From contig JASEHH010000007.1 of assembly GCA_030017685.1 (NCBI GenBank), forward strand, positions 1,824 to 65,823: DNA of 64,000 nucleotides, read 5' to 3'. Positions 1 through 9,099 of the stretch are shown piece by piece (positions within the stretch are counted from its first letter, which is position 1; each line of letters opens with the position of its first letter). Below the pieces are notes generated by a model that did not search any database, was not told the DNA's origin, and was given only the letters and a program-made list of their open reading frames with translations. The position numbers were made by a program, and so were the translations under genes. The DNA is from Thermodesulfobacteriota bacterium (lineage in GTDB: Bacteria > Desulfobacterota > BSN033 > UBA1163).

Positions 1-588
1 CTAAAATAGGGGTACGAACAACACCAGGGCATAAGACACTAACACGGGCTCCCATCTGGGCGGCTTCGGCCCGTAGTGATAGTGAAAGGCCTACGACTCC
101 ATACTTGGTTGTCGCATAGGCAACCGCTCCTGGTGAGACCATAAGTCCAGCCATTGAAGCAGTATTTACAATATGTCCGAATCCCTGGGCCATCATAATC
201 TTATAGGCTGCTTGGACACCATTTATCACCCCACGGAGATTGACATCTACAATTTGATTCCAATCTTCGATGCCGTAATGGCAAACGTTGCCACCGATTG
301 CAATTCCCGCATTGTTGAAAATGTAGTCTAATCGACCAGTACGATTGATGGTTTCTTGGACGAGCTGTTCCATCGCAGAGAAATCCGTTACCTCTATTTT
401 CACCGCCGTTGCTTTGCCTCCGGAAAGGCGGATTTCTGAGGCGACTTCTTCTGCCAATTCAATCTGAAGATCAGCCAATACCACCTCGCAGCCACGCTTC
501 GCTAATTCCTCAGCAAGGGCGCGACCAATTCCTGATGCTCCACCGGTGACAATCCCAGTGGCACCATCAAAAATACGAATCGTTTTAC
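1..588 (-). CDS. short-chain dehydrogenase/reductase (SDR), 3'-truncated by window edge
   Basis: Minus-strand translation starts MESSKTIRIFDGATGIVTGGASGIGRALAEEL with the TGxxxGxG NAD(P)-binding motif. The ATG is at 586-588. The ORF runs off the window start. Confidence 0.85.
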
Positions 589-837
589 TTGATTCCATAG
601 TACCCCCTGAAAAGTATTAAGAAATAAACGCATCCACAAGGTGAAGAGATCGGTTAACATTAAGGGTTGAGCTGTCTCCCGCCTGCCCCGGTGGGGAAAC
701 GACTTTTTCTCCAGAGATGGTCTCATCGACGTCAGCAACCTTTTCCAGTAAGGTTGTTAAATGTGATATACACCAATTCTGATTATTAAGGAAGCGGAAA
801 TTTAAAGCACTTATGCTCACTCCTATCATCTGCGACA

Positions 838-912
838 GTTTACCCCGATAGAAATAATGGCCCGCTCGGTTTCGAGTCGCAACGACTGGAATTTCTAACG
901 GGGTAAACTTGG
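838..912. repeat. small MITE-like element, family A (CCCCGWTAGAAAT ... ATTTCTAACGGGG ends)
   Basis: CCCCGATAGAAATAATGGCCCGCTCGG ... GACTGGAATTTCTAACGGGG. Both ends match the ends of the 127-bp element at 39766-39892. Confidence 0.45.
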
Positions 913-983
913 ATCTTCCTCGATTTTTCTGGTAACCCCAATTATTATCTCAGCCCCTCTGGAGTTAAAGGTGAGATTTTTCT

Positions 984-1018
984 TGACAAATAAATTTAGT
1001 ATGCTAAAGTTTAGCACA
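984..1018 (+). promoter_or_regulatory. putative sigma70-like promoter (TTGACA, 17 nt, TAAAGT) with a palindromic MarR-type operator TGCTAAAgTTTAGCA over the -10
   Basis: The hexamers and a perfect 7-bp inverted repeat were read directly upstream of the MarR gene start at 1041. Confidence 0.35.
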
Positions 1019-1040
1019 TAAAATATCATCCGAGGAGTTA

Positions 1041-1466
1041 ATGATGGCTGTTGAAGACCGGCTCATATTTTTAATTTCCAAGGTATATCAAAAGGTTATC
1101 ATAAATCTTCAAAAGGCTTTCTCAGAGGCTAATCTTGAGGTGACGCCGGTTCAGGCCATGGTACTCTTCTACCTTCAAAAGAAAGACGGTTCAAGTCTTA
1201 CGGAGATTAGCTCTGGTTTAATGTTAGAGAATCCGACTGTCACAGGCTTGATCGACCGATTGGAAAAATCAGGTTATGTGAAACGATCGGATCACCCCAG
1301 TGATCGACGTGTCTACCTGGTTTATCTCACTGAGAAAGGAAGCAGGGTAGCCAAGAGGGCATTGCCCATCATTAAGAGGTTAAACGAGCAAATAAAAGAA
1401 GGATACTCAGAGGAAGAGATTGAAAGCTTCAAAAAGGTATTGATCGGAGCATTTAATAAATTCTGA
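1041..1466 (+). CDS. MarR family transcriptional regulator
   Basis: A 141-aa winged-helix protein with the typical MarR core (TPVQAMVLFYL...DRR.YLV.LTEKG). Confidence 0.85.
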   Translation: MMAVEDRLIFLISKVYQKVIINLQKAFSEANLEVTPVQAMVLFYLQKKDGSSLTEISSGLMLENPTVTGLIDRLEKSGYVKRSDHPSDRRVYLVYLTEKGSRVAKRALPIIKRLNEQIKEGYSEEEIESFKKVLIGAFNKF

Positions 1467-1480
1467 TCGGGAGGATCTAT

Positions 1481-2233
1481 ATGGAGAAGATATTCGAAGA
1501 GATGACGAATTTGTTCGCTCGAAATAATATTCCTATTTTCGGCATTACCAGCGCTAAGTCACTCGAAAACGAGCCTTCAGGTTACAGACCGTCAGATATG
1601 CTTGCTTCAGGAAAAAGCGTCCTCTGCCTGGGGATACCCGTTCCTAAAGGAATATTCAAATGTCAGGAAAAATCAGAATGGATGTATTGGAGGGCTGCCA
1701 ATATTTACTATCGAAACATAGATATGGTTTTGATGCAGGTTGCACGTATCATCGAAGAAAGAGGTGAAACGGCCGTCCCTGTCTTCGGGTGATTTCCTTA
1801 CGACGTCCTTGGTAAGGGCGATTTTTGGGAGTATATGAGTTTGGTCAGAATGGCTGAGGTGACGGGTATTGGGAAGATAGGAAAAAATGGATTGCTCTTC
1901 AATTCCAGATATGGCCCCAGGTTAATGCTGGGAGGAATTGTCACAACAGCATCCTTACCCGCAATAGCCTGGCCGGAGAAGGATGAGAAAGGATGTCCTG
2001 AAGATTGCTACATTTGCCAAGAACAGTGTCCGATTCAGGCTATTGATAAAAGTGGAAAGGTGGATAGAGTGGCGTGCATTAAGTATTCAATGAAAAGCCC
2101 TATCTTTACAAATTTCATGGAGACCGCCAGCGCCGGTTCAGAAGACATTCAGATGATCAACCACCTGACAGCAGTGGATGACCACTCCATGTATCGTTGT
2201 ATTCGATGCGTCTCGGTCTGCCCTTATCTGTGA
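1481..2233 (+). CDS. QueG / reductive-dehalogenase-like Fe-S protein (DUF1730-like N-terminus plus two 4Fe-4S motifs), with one in-frame TGA at 1790-1792 (candidate selenocysteine, or pseudogene)
   Basis: ORFs 1481..1792 and 1835..2233 are in the same frame and separated only by a TGA. The similarity runs across it (..AVPVFG-TGA-FPYDVLGKGDFWEYMSLVRMAEVTGIGKIG..). A hairpin CCTTAC-N10-GTAAGG begins 4 nt after the TGA. The C-terminus has CPEDCYICQEQCP and CIRCVSVCP ferredoxin motifs. A good RBS (GGGAGGA) precedes 1481. Confidence 0.5.
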
Positions 2234-2259
2234 ATCTTTTTTATTAAGGAGAACGTGCT

Positions 2260-4488
2260 ATGAGCGAATGGCAAAAAACATCTTGTGTGCTGTGTTGTAA
2301 TAATTGCGGCCTTGAAGTCATCACCGAGGGCAGCAAGATTGTAAAGGTCAGGGGCGAAAAAGAAAATCCACGGTCACAGGGTTATCTTTGTAGAAAAGGA
2401 GTGAACATCGCCTATTTTCAAAATAACCCGGAGAGACTGAGATTTCCTCTGAAACGTGTTGGAGACCACTTTGAACGTATTTCTTGGGATCAGGCTCTGG
2501 ATGAAATAGCGGATAGACTCAGAGAAATGGTCCAAACCCATGGACCCCGCTCCATAGCTTACATGGGTGGAGGCGGCCAGGGTTGCCATTTTGAAGCAGC
2601 CTTCGGGGTTCGTTTTTTGAATGGGTTAGGTTCAAAAAATCATTATAGCCCCCTGGCCCAGGAGCTTACCGGGTTTTTCTGGGTGAGTGGCAAAGCATTT
2701 GGCCGCCAGAATATGCATTCCTTCCCCGATATCAACGGTTCAGACTTCCTTGTCTTCTGGGGAGCCAATCCCATGGTAAGCCACGATATACCCAATGCGC
2801 CGTCGGTGCTTCGCAACAAGAAAAAGGATCCTAGTTTCTTAATGGCTGTCATCGACCCGAGAGTGTCGGAGACAGCCAAACTTGCCGACATCCATCTACG
2901 GCTCAGGCCAGGGACAGACGCCCTGTTGTTCAAAGCAATGATCAAGATTTTGCTGACCGAGGGGCTTGTGGCCAAAGAATATCTATCAACTCAAGTCAAT
3001 GGTTTTGAAGCGATTCGAAGCTGGTTTGATGATGTAGAGGTTGAAGAAAACTGCCGTGTTTGTGGATTGGATTCAAATGCTGTCCGGGAATTCGCTCGGC
3101 TCTTTGCCACTCGGAAGACTGCCATGCGCAGTGACCTTGGCATCCTGATGGGACGGCACAGCACTCTTAATTCTTATTTGGAATTGATTTTGCTTACATT
3201 AACAGGCCGCATAGGAGCCAAAGGTGGCAACGTCTTTTTGGGTCATCTGATGCCAATGGGATCCCATACGCCGGAAGAAGATCCCAAAACATGGAAAACC
3301 CTCATGACAAATATTCCATTAATCATGGGGGTCTTCCCGCCCAACGTCATGCCTGAAGAGATCGATAACGATCACCCTCAGCGCATCCGCGGACTGATCG
3401 TCAGCGGCTCAAATCCCTTACGGTCTTACGCTGACACAAAGGCCTATGAGAAGGCTTTTGCAAAACTGGATCTCCTGGTCACCATCGAGGTCGCCATGAG
3501 TGAAACGGCTCTGCTATCCCATTATGTTTTGCCGGCCAGGTCAGGCTATGAGAAATGGGACGGCACATTTTTCCAATGGGGGTATCCGGACTACTATTTT
3601 GATATGCGCCGTCCTGTTGTGCAACCCGATGGAGAGCAGGTGGAGGAAGCGACCATCTTCGTAGAGCTCGCTCAAAAGTTGGGAATGATCCCGGATTATC
3701 CATCCAAACTTCGAGACCTGGCCAAGGACCGACTAAGTTTCGGCCTTGCGTTGATGGAATATATTCATGCTAATCCAAATGCGGAGCCGTGGTTACCTTA
3801 CATTTTGGCGAAGACCCTTGGGGAGGAATTGGGATCTAAAAATCTGTCTGCACTCTGGGGACTACTGGCACGATTTCCGATGATGCATCAAGAGGATGTT
3901 GCCCGCGCCGGTTACAAGGTGAGTCCTCTCACAGGAGAAGAAATATTTAGAAAGATCCTGAACACCCCGGGAGGCGTTAAGATCGGAGCAGTAGATTCGG
4001 AAAACAACCTTTCCGTGCTGAAGACCCCTGATAAGAAAATCCACGTCCATTTCCCTGAGATGGAATCATGGTTAAAAGAGGTAACACCTTCAGCCGAGGA
4101 GGCCCAATTGTTGAACAAAGATTATCCCATGGTTCTGATAGCCGGAAACCACATGGAGATGGTGGCTAATACCATCATGCGTGACCCGGCCTGGAATGAA
4201 GGAAGGCGTCCCTGCACCCTGCGGATACACCCAAAAGATGCAAAGGAGTTAGGAATTGACGATGGGGATTTCGCCCTTGTTGAGACCGAAGCAGGATCCA
4301 TCAGGATTGAAGCGGAGGTGACAGAGAGTTCATTCCAAGGCCAGGTTGTCATACCCCATGGCTTCGGGCTTGTGCACGGCGGAGAGGTACACGGAGTCAA
4401 TGTGAACCAGTTAGCTCCAGCGAAACACCGGGACCGTCTGGCAGCCACACCGCTCCATCGTTATATTCCCTGTCGAGTGACCAAATAA
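2260..4488 (+). CDS. molybdopterin oxidoreductase catalytic subunit (formate-dehydrogenase/BisC-like family)
   Basis: 742 aa. The N-terminal Cys cluster CVLCCNNCG...YLCRKG fits the 4Fe-4S domain of this family. There is no in-frame stop codon. Confidence 0.8.
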   Translation: MSEWQKTSCVLCCNNCGLEVITEGSKIVKVRGEKENPRSQGYLCRKGVNIAYFQNNPERLRFPLKRVGDHFERISWDQALDEIADRLREMVQTHGPRSIAYMGGGGQGCHFEAAFGVRFLNGLGSKNHYSPLAQELTGFFWVSGKAFGRQNMHSFPDINGSDFLVFWGANPMVSHDIPNAPSVLRNKKKDPSFLMAVIDPRVSETAKLADIHLRLRPGTDALLFKAMIKILLTEGLVAKEYLSTQVNGFEAIRSWFDDVEVEENCRVCGLDSNAVREFARLFATRKTAMRSDLGILMGRHSTLNSYLELILLTLTGRIGAKGGNVFLGHLMPMGSHTPEEDPKTWKTLMTNIPLIMGVFPPNVMPEEIDNDHPQRIRGLIVSGSNPLRSYADTKAYEKAFAKLDLLVTIEVAMSETALLSHYVLPARSGYEKWDGTFFQWGYPDYYFDMRRPVVQPDGEQVEEATIFVELAQKLGMIPDYPSKLRDLAKDRLSFGLALMEYIHANPNAEPWLPYILAKTLGEELGSKNLSALWGLLARFPMMHQEDVARAGYKVSPLTGEEIFRKILNTPGGVKIGAVDSENNLSVLKTPDKKIHVHFPEMESWLKEVTPSAEEAQLLNKDYPMVLIAGNHMEMVANTIMRDPAWNEGRRPCTLRIHPKDAKELGIDDGDFALVETEAGSIRIEAEVTESSFQGQVVIPHGFGLVHGGEVHGVNVNQLAPAKHRDRLAATPLHRYIPCRVTK

Positions 4489-4762
4489 GTGAAGGGCTTT
4501 ACAGGTTAGCGTAGGGTCTCAATAATCACTTTACAATCCGTTCGTGGTGAGCATGTCGAACCATGAACGGAACCCCTCGATATAGTTCACCCTTCGACGA
4601 ACTCAGGGCGAACGGGATATGTAAAGAAGTGTTAGACGCACTACACCAGTCATCATGGCAGAATGAACAAGTTGTGCCCCCTTTTTTATGATTGACACCT
4701 TCTTTGGGATTAGGTAGATTCCAGTCAGAAAATTTGTTCAATAAGAAATGAGGAGGGCCAAC

Positions 4763-5083
4763 ATGACAATAAAGGAGATCTTTGCCGAAATGCAGAAGAG
4801 GATGGATGCCAACCCTGGGAAGCTTGGAGGAATCAAGGCTGTGTTTCAGTTCGAGATCAGTGGAGCTGACCCCGGGAACTACTTTGTGGCTATTGGTGAT
4901 GGCAGTGCTAAGGTCAATGAGGGCGCTTCGGTTTCGCCAAACGTCACAGTTACCATGGCTTCCAACGACTTTGCTGACATGGTTGAGGGCAGGCTCGACA
5001 GCGTCGCCGCCTTTATGGGGGGGAAGCTTAAGGTGAAGGGCGATACGATGTTGGCGATGCAGCTGCAGAGCTTGCTCAAGTAA
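4763..5083 (+). CDS. SCP2 sterol-binding domain protein
   Basis: A small protein with the SCP2 fold signature (KAVFQFEISGADPGNYFVAIGDG...DFADMVEGRLDSVAAFMGGKLKVKGD). RBS GAGGAGGG precedes the ATG at 4763. Confidence 0.75.
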   Translation: MTIKEIFAEMQKRMDANPGKLGGIKAVFQFEISGADPGNYFVAIGDGSAKVNEGASVSPNVTVTMASNDFADMVEGRLDSVAAFMGGKLKVKGDTMLAMQLQSLLK

Positions 5084-5149
5084 AGTCGCTTGCAATAAGA
5101 AAAAAGGTTCTTCCGGCTTTTGTGTGGGTGCTTTCCCCCTCTTAAGTGT

Positions 5150-5198
5150 AACCCCCCTCTATTCCCCCCTTAAATTAAGGGGGGAATAGAGGGGGGTT
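5150..5198. repeat. perfect GC-rich palindrome (20-bp arms AACCCCCCTCTATTCCCCCC / GGGGGGAATAGAGGGGGGTT, 9-nt spacer)
   Basis: Read directly. It lies 12 bp upstream of the DUF559 gene. Confidence 0.8.
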
Positions 5199-5209
5199 AA
5201 TGGGGAGTT

Positions 5210-5587
5210 ATGAAATTCCTTCGGAATGATCCAACATTAAAGCAACGGAGACAGGAGTTGAGGCGTAATCAGACTGAAGCAGAGAAGGCCCTTTGGGCAC
5301 ACCTGCGAAACAAGCAGTTCTATGGAATAAAATTTTTTCGCCAATACAGCATCGGGTATTATATTTTAGACTTCTACTGTCCGACCATGAAACTCGCAGT
5401 AGAATTGGACGGTGGACAACACAACCAGTCCGAGAGTAAGGAGTATGAGGCAGTTCGTTCAGAATATCTGAGGGCGCAAGGAATTGAGGTAATGCGGTTT
5501 TGGAACCATGAGGTATTGCTTGATATGGAAAGCGTCCTGTCTGAACTGGGGCTGAAAGTAACCCCTCCACACCTCCCCTTAACATAA
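5210..5587 (+). CDS. DUF559 (Vsr-like PD-(D/E)xK) endonuclease-domain protein
   Basis: 125 aa. Motifs AEKALWAHLRNKQFYGIKFFRQYSIGYYILDFYCP...VELDGGQH...R.EYL...GI.V.RFWN are typical of DUF559. Confidence 0.8.
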   Translation: MKFLRNDPTLKQRRQELRRNQTEAEKALWAHLRNKQFYGIKFFRQYSIGYYILDFYCPTMKLAVELDGGQHNQSESKEYEAVRSEYLRAQGIEVMRFWNHEVLLDMESVLSELGLKVTPPHLPLT

Positions 5588-5924
5588 AGGGAGGTTACCC
5601 ACTCAATACACGGATGAACCAGAAGCAACAGCTTTTCTTGATTCTTCCTGAAATTCACAATCGGCGATTTTGCAAAGCATGTTTGATTTAAATCAATCAT
5701 GATGGGTACCTCTTTTTCTTGACACACAACCCTCTTTTTCATAAACTCAACTCACCACAAAGTGAGGTCTTTTCAGCATTCGTGAAAAGTTCGGACGAAG
5801 CATTACGGACACGGTTGCAAGAGATCATGATGGTAAGTCATCAGAAGGTGTGAAAAAATTGGTGCACTGTGCCTCGGCCTACAGGGTTGGGAGTGAAGAC
5901 GATTGAAGAGAAGGAGGCGCTAAT

Positions 5925-7160
5925 ATGGCGAGATTGAAGGAAGTGGTGGTTGTGGATGCGGTGCGGTCTGCTATTGGCAAATCGGGGTGGAAGGGAATGG
6001 AGAAAGGCGGCCAGCTCTGCCAGGCATCCGCTCAGGATCTCATGGCCAACACCCTCCGGGGATTACTGGGAAGGGTCCATTCTCGGTGCCCCAAATTCAA
6101 TGAAGCGGAGATTGAAAACGTGATCATTGGATGCCTGAGCCAAATCGGGGAGCAAGGCTCCAATATTGGGCGCATCGCATCACTCCTTGCCGGGATCCCC
6201 AAGGAGGCGGCGGGCTGCACAGTAAACCAGTACTGCAATGGCGGCCTCAAGGCTATCACCATCGCTGCGCACGAGATCATGGTGGGGGAAGGGGACATCA
6301 TGATCTGCGGGGGCGTGGAGATCATGTCCCACTACGGCATGATGTCCGACATTCAGGCAGCGATGCAGGCAAATTATCCAGTGCGAATGTCTTCTCGCCT
6401 CATGGAGAGCGGCATGACCGTGCCCCAGGGAGTCTGCGCCGAAATGATCTCTGCGGACCAAGGGCACACCCGGGAGGACCTGGAGCGCTTTGGCATGTGG
6501 AGTATGCAGAAGGCTGTCGAGGCCGAGCAAAAGGGGTGGTACTCAGATCATATAGTTCCATTCGAGTTCACCTGGGAGGGTATGACCCGTAAAGTGGAAA
6601 AGGACGAAGTCCTTCGGCCAAAGGCGGTTACGGACCCGGAAGCCTATCTCCAAAACCTCATGACGCTTCCTACGCCGTTCAAGGATAACGGGCTCGTCAG
6701 CCCGGGCAGTTCTTCGCAAATCGTGGATGGGGCTTCTGCGGTTCTACTCATGAGCGGTGCCAAGGCCGAGGCATTGGGACTCGACCCCCTATGCAGAATC
6801 GTAGCTTGTGCCGTAGCAGGAGGTGCGCCCGTGCCAATGCTTCTGGCGCCTATTCCGGCCGTGAGGAAAGCCCTCGAGCGGGCTGGCAAGACCATTGATG
6901 ACATGGACATTATCGAGCCCAACGAGGCATTCGCCTCCCCGTTGCTCCAGTTTGCAGACGAGCTGGGCTACGACCGATTAGATCCAAGAGTGAATCCGAC
7001 GGGTGGCGCCATTGCTCTGGGCCATCCCATTGGTGCGACCGGGGCCATATTCTTCGGAGAGATGGTCCACCACCTTAAGCGCACGGGCGGGAAAGCCGGC
7101 ATCCAGATGCTCTGCGGTGGTGGAGGAGTGGGTATTGCCGCCGTGGTAGAAGCCGTTTGA
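5925..7160 (+). CDS. thiolase-family acetyl-CoA C-acyltransferase (divergent)
   Basis: The N-terminus VVVDAVRSAIGK, the C-terminus NPTGGAIALGHPIGATGA and the CGGGGVGIAAVVE motif match the thiolase fold. Confidence 0.8.
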   Translation: MARLKEVVVVDAVRSAIGKSGWKGMEKGGQLCQASAQDLMANTLRGLLGRVHSRCPKFNEAEIENVIIGCLSQIGEQGSNIGRIASLLAGIPKEAAGCTVNQYCNGGLKAITIAAHEIMVGEGDIMICGGVEIMSHYGMMSDIQAAMQANYPVRMSSRLMESGMTVPQGVCAEMISADQGHTREDLERFGMWSMQKAVEAEQKGWYSDHIVPFEFTWEGMTRKVEKDEVLRPKAVTDPEAYLQNLMTLPTPFKDNGLVSPGSSSQIVDGASAVLLMSGAKAEALGLDPLCRIVACAVAGGAPVPMLLAPIPAVRKALERAGKTIDDMDIIEPNEAFASPLLQFADELGYDRLDPRVNPTGGAIALGHPIGATGAIFFGEMVHHLKRTGGKAGIQMLCGGGGVGIAAVVEAV

Positions 7161-7334
7161 TAGCCGGAAGACAACTTCTTGTGGTCTTTTATCTTTGTGT
7201 CACCGCTGGCTATTTCTACTCTCCGGTCTGACATCTGCCCGCAGCGCTTGCGCGGCGTGAGGTCTATAGTCTTACTGTCTGAATCACAGATTACTTCGCC
7301 AGATGATTAGAAAAGATGAAGGAGATGAGATAAA

Positions 7335-7835
7335 TTGAAAGAATTGTCCTTCAGCGAACAGAAAGACCTTCTGATCAAAGGTTGGATGTCTCATGATGCC
7401 AGGTGGTTTATGGCCGTGGCAGAGCGTTTCGGCACCGAAGAGGCGAATCGATTGAATCAGAAAGTGTGCAGGGAATTGGGAAAAGTAGAGATGAAACGAT
7501 TCATGAAGGCTTTTGGATTATTACCCCCTCAGACCGTTCATGAACATGTGAGGATGAATGATGCAGCGATCTCCCTCTATGGGCCAGATCTCATCGAATA
7601 CGACATCAAGGTTCTGGATCATCAATCCTATGAGATGCGTATCAAGAGATGCTTTGCTCATGAAAATGTGGTGCAGGCAGGAATTAAGGATCAATATCAA
7701 TGTGGCATCCTCGCAAGGGTCCAGGGGTGGATTGACGCCCAGGGGTTAGAGCACGAACTTACTCCATCCTTGGGCAAATGCATGAAAGTCTTAAGGAAGG
7801 AATGCAGTTATACGATCACACTTCGTTTTCATTAG
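7335..7835 (+). CDS. hypothetical protein (TTG start)
   Basis: A 166-aa ORF preceded by RBS AAGGAGATGAG. No family was recognised with confidence. Confidence 0.45.
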   Translation: MKELSFSEQKDLLIKGWMSHDARWFMAVAERFGTEEANRLNQKVCRELGKVEMKRFMKAFGLLPPQTVHEHVRMNDAAISLYGPDLIEYDIKVLDHQSYEMRIKRCFAHENVVQAGIKDQYQCGILARVQGWIDAQGLEHELTPSLGKCMKVLRKECSYTITLRFH

Positions 7836-7909
7836 ATGAGAAGTGGAATGGTGTAACCTTTCGGGGGTCATTTCCGTCTTATATACAAAAATAAAAGGAG
7901 GAAAGGACC

Positions 7910-8170
7910 ATGGACGAAAAATCAAAACTCTTGATCTGTTTAGGAGCAGCCACAGCAGCGAACTGTACCCCTTGTTTTGAGCACTACTTTGGAAAGGCCA
8001 AAGCTGGAGGTCTAAAAAATGAGGAAATTCAAGAGGCCGTCGATCTTGCCAGTCAGGTCAAAAAAGGAGCCCATTTGGCCATAAAGAATTGTATCAATGG
8101 TCTCATGGGTGAAGAAAAGGAGTATGCCTTGCCATGCGATAAGCAGGCCAGCAAATCATGCTGCGGATAA
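7910..8170 (+). CDS. carboxymuconolactone decarboxylase (AhpD-like) family small protein
   Basis: 86 aa with the CxxC-containing AhpD-like core (ANCTPCFEHY). Confidence 0.65.
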   Translation: MDEKSKLLICLGAATAANCTPCFEHYFGKAKAGGLKNEEIQEAVDLASQVKKGAHLAIKNCINGLMGEEKEYALPCDKQASKSCCG

Positions 8171-8312
8171 TTTATTAAGGGGAGCGTAATATTGCTTAGA
8201 TAAAATCAATCTTCCTGTAGGGCAGGTCTTTAGGCCTGCTCAAAGCAAGGCTAAAGCCTTGCCCTACAAGATGTAATCTATTTTATGATCCGAGCGGAAA
8301 GCAGGACTTAAG

Positions 8313-8882
8313 ATGAAATTTTGGGATATTTATGACCAGTTTTATACAAAGGTAAGAAAGTTTATCCTGGCCCTGGTGAAGGATGAATGTGTGGCCGATG
8401 ACTTAATCCAGGAGACCTTTTTAAGAGTACAGCAAAAAAGCAAAAGTCTGAGGGACCCCTCCAAATTGTCTTCCTGGATCTTTCGAATCGCATATAATCT
8501 TTGCCAGGACCATTTCCGTCAGTCAAAAAAATCAGCAAAGGAAGAAAGCATTGATCAAGACGAGAAAGAGGATTTTAATGAGGCTCTTATTCAAAAGGAA
8601 TTGGGTATTCAGAAAAAGTTGGAACAACGACAAATGGGGGAGTGCGTTCAGAACCAGATCCTCCTGCCCCCTAAATCCTTACGGGAAGTGATTATCTTTT
8701 CCGATATTATGGAGTTCAGCCAACAGGAGATGGCAGAGATCCTGGGAATCACCGTTGAAAATGTGAAGGTGCGGCTTCACAGGGCCCGCAGGAAGCTGGG
8801 GACTATTCTGGAAGAGAAATGCACGTTTGAAACGGATGAGAGAAATGTTTTGGTCTGTGAACCTAAAAAGGAGTGTCGATGA
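8313..8882 (+). CDS. sigma-70 family (ECF-type) RNA polymerase sigma factor with a Cys-containing C-terminal tail
   Basis: Region 2 (DLIQETFLRV...) and region 4 (MEFSQQEMAEILGITVENVKVRLHRARRKL) were recognised. Confidence 0.8.
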   Translation: MKFWDIYDQFYTKVRKFILALVKDECVADDLIQETFLRVQQKSKSLRDPSKLSSWIFRIAYNLCQDHFRQSKKSAKEESIDQDEKEDFNEALIQKELGIQKKLEQRQMGECVQNQILLPPKSLREVIIFSDIMEFSQQEMAEILGITVENVKVRLHRARRKLGTILEEKCTFETDERNVLVCEPKKECR

Positions 8883-9099
8883 CGAACGGTTCAGAGGGAC
8901 CAATTACTGTAGGTAAGGGAGCCCATTAGGGACACTTCCCATATTTTATTTATCAAATGGCCAATTGCTGAAATAATAAGAAAAAATTATTGCTGAATAC
9001 AAAAACATAGGTTTTAATTTAGGGAATAAAAAATATGGGGAAGTGGAAAGTGTTCCTTATTACCCTTGATTGCCCTGGTTACCCAGACAGGAGGAAAAT

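Noticed and set aside
2260-4488. Whether the formate-dehydrogenase-like catalytic subunit is a selenoprotein
   Set aside because: The 742-aa ORF is continuous with no in-frame TGA, so it is not a Sec enzyme. The selenoprotein question applies only to the neighbouring 1481-2233 gene.
4526-5095. 189-aa minus-strand ORF overlapping the SCP2 gene, and similar long antisense ORFs at 12010..12600, 12895..13446, 15268..15891, 27057..27536 and 60584..61300
   Set aside because: Each lies entirely antisense to a strongly supported gene and has no RBS or recognisable domain, so these are shadow ORFs.
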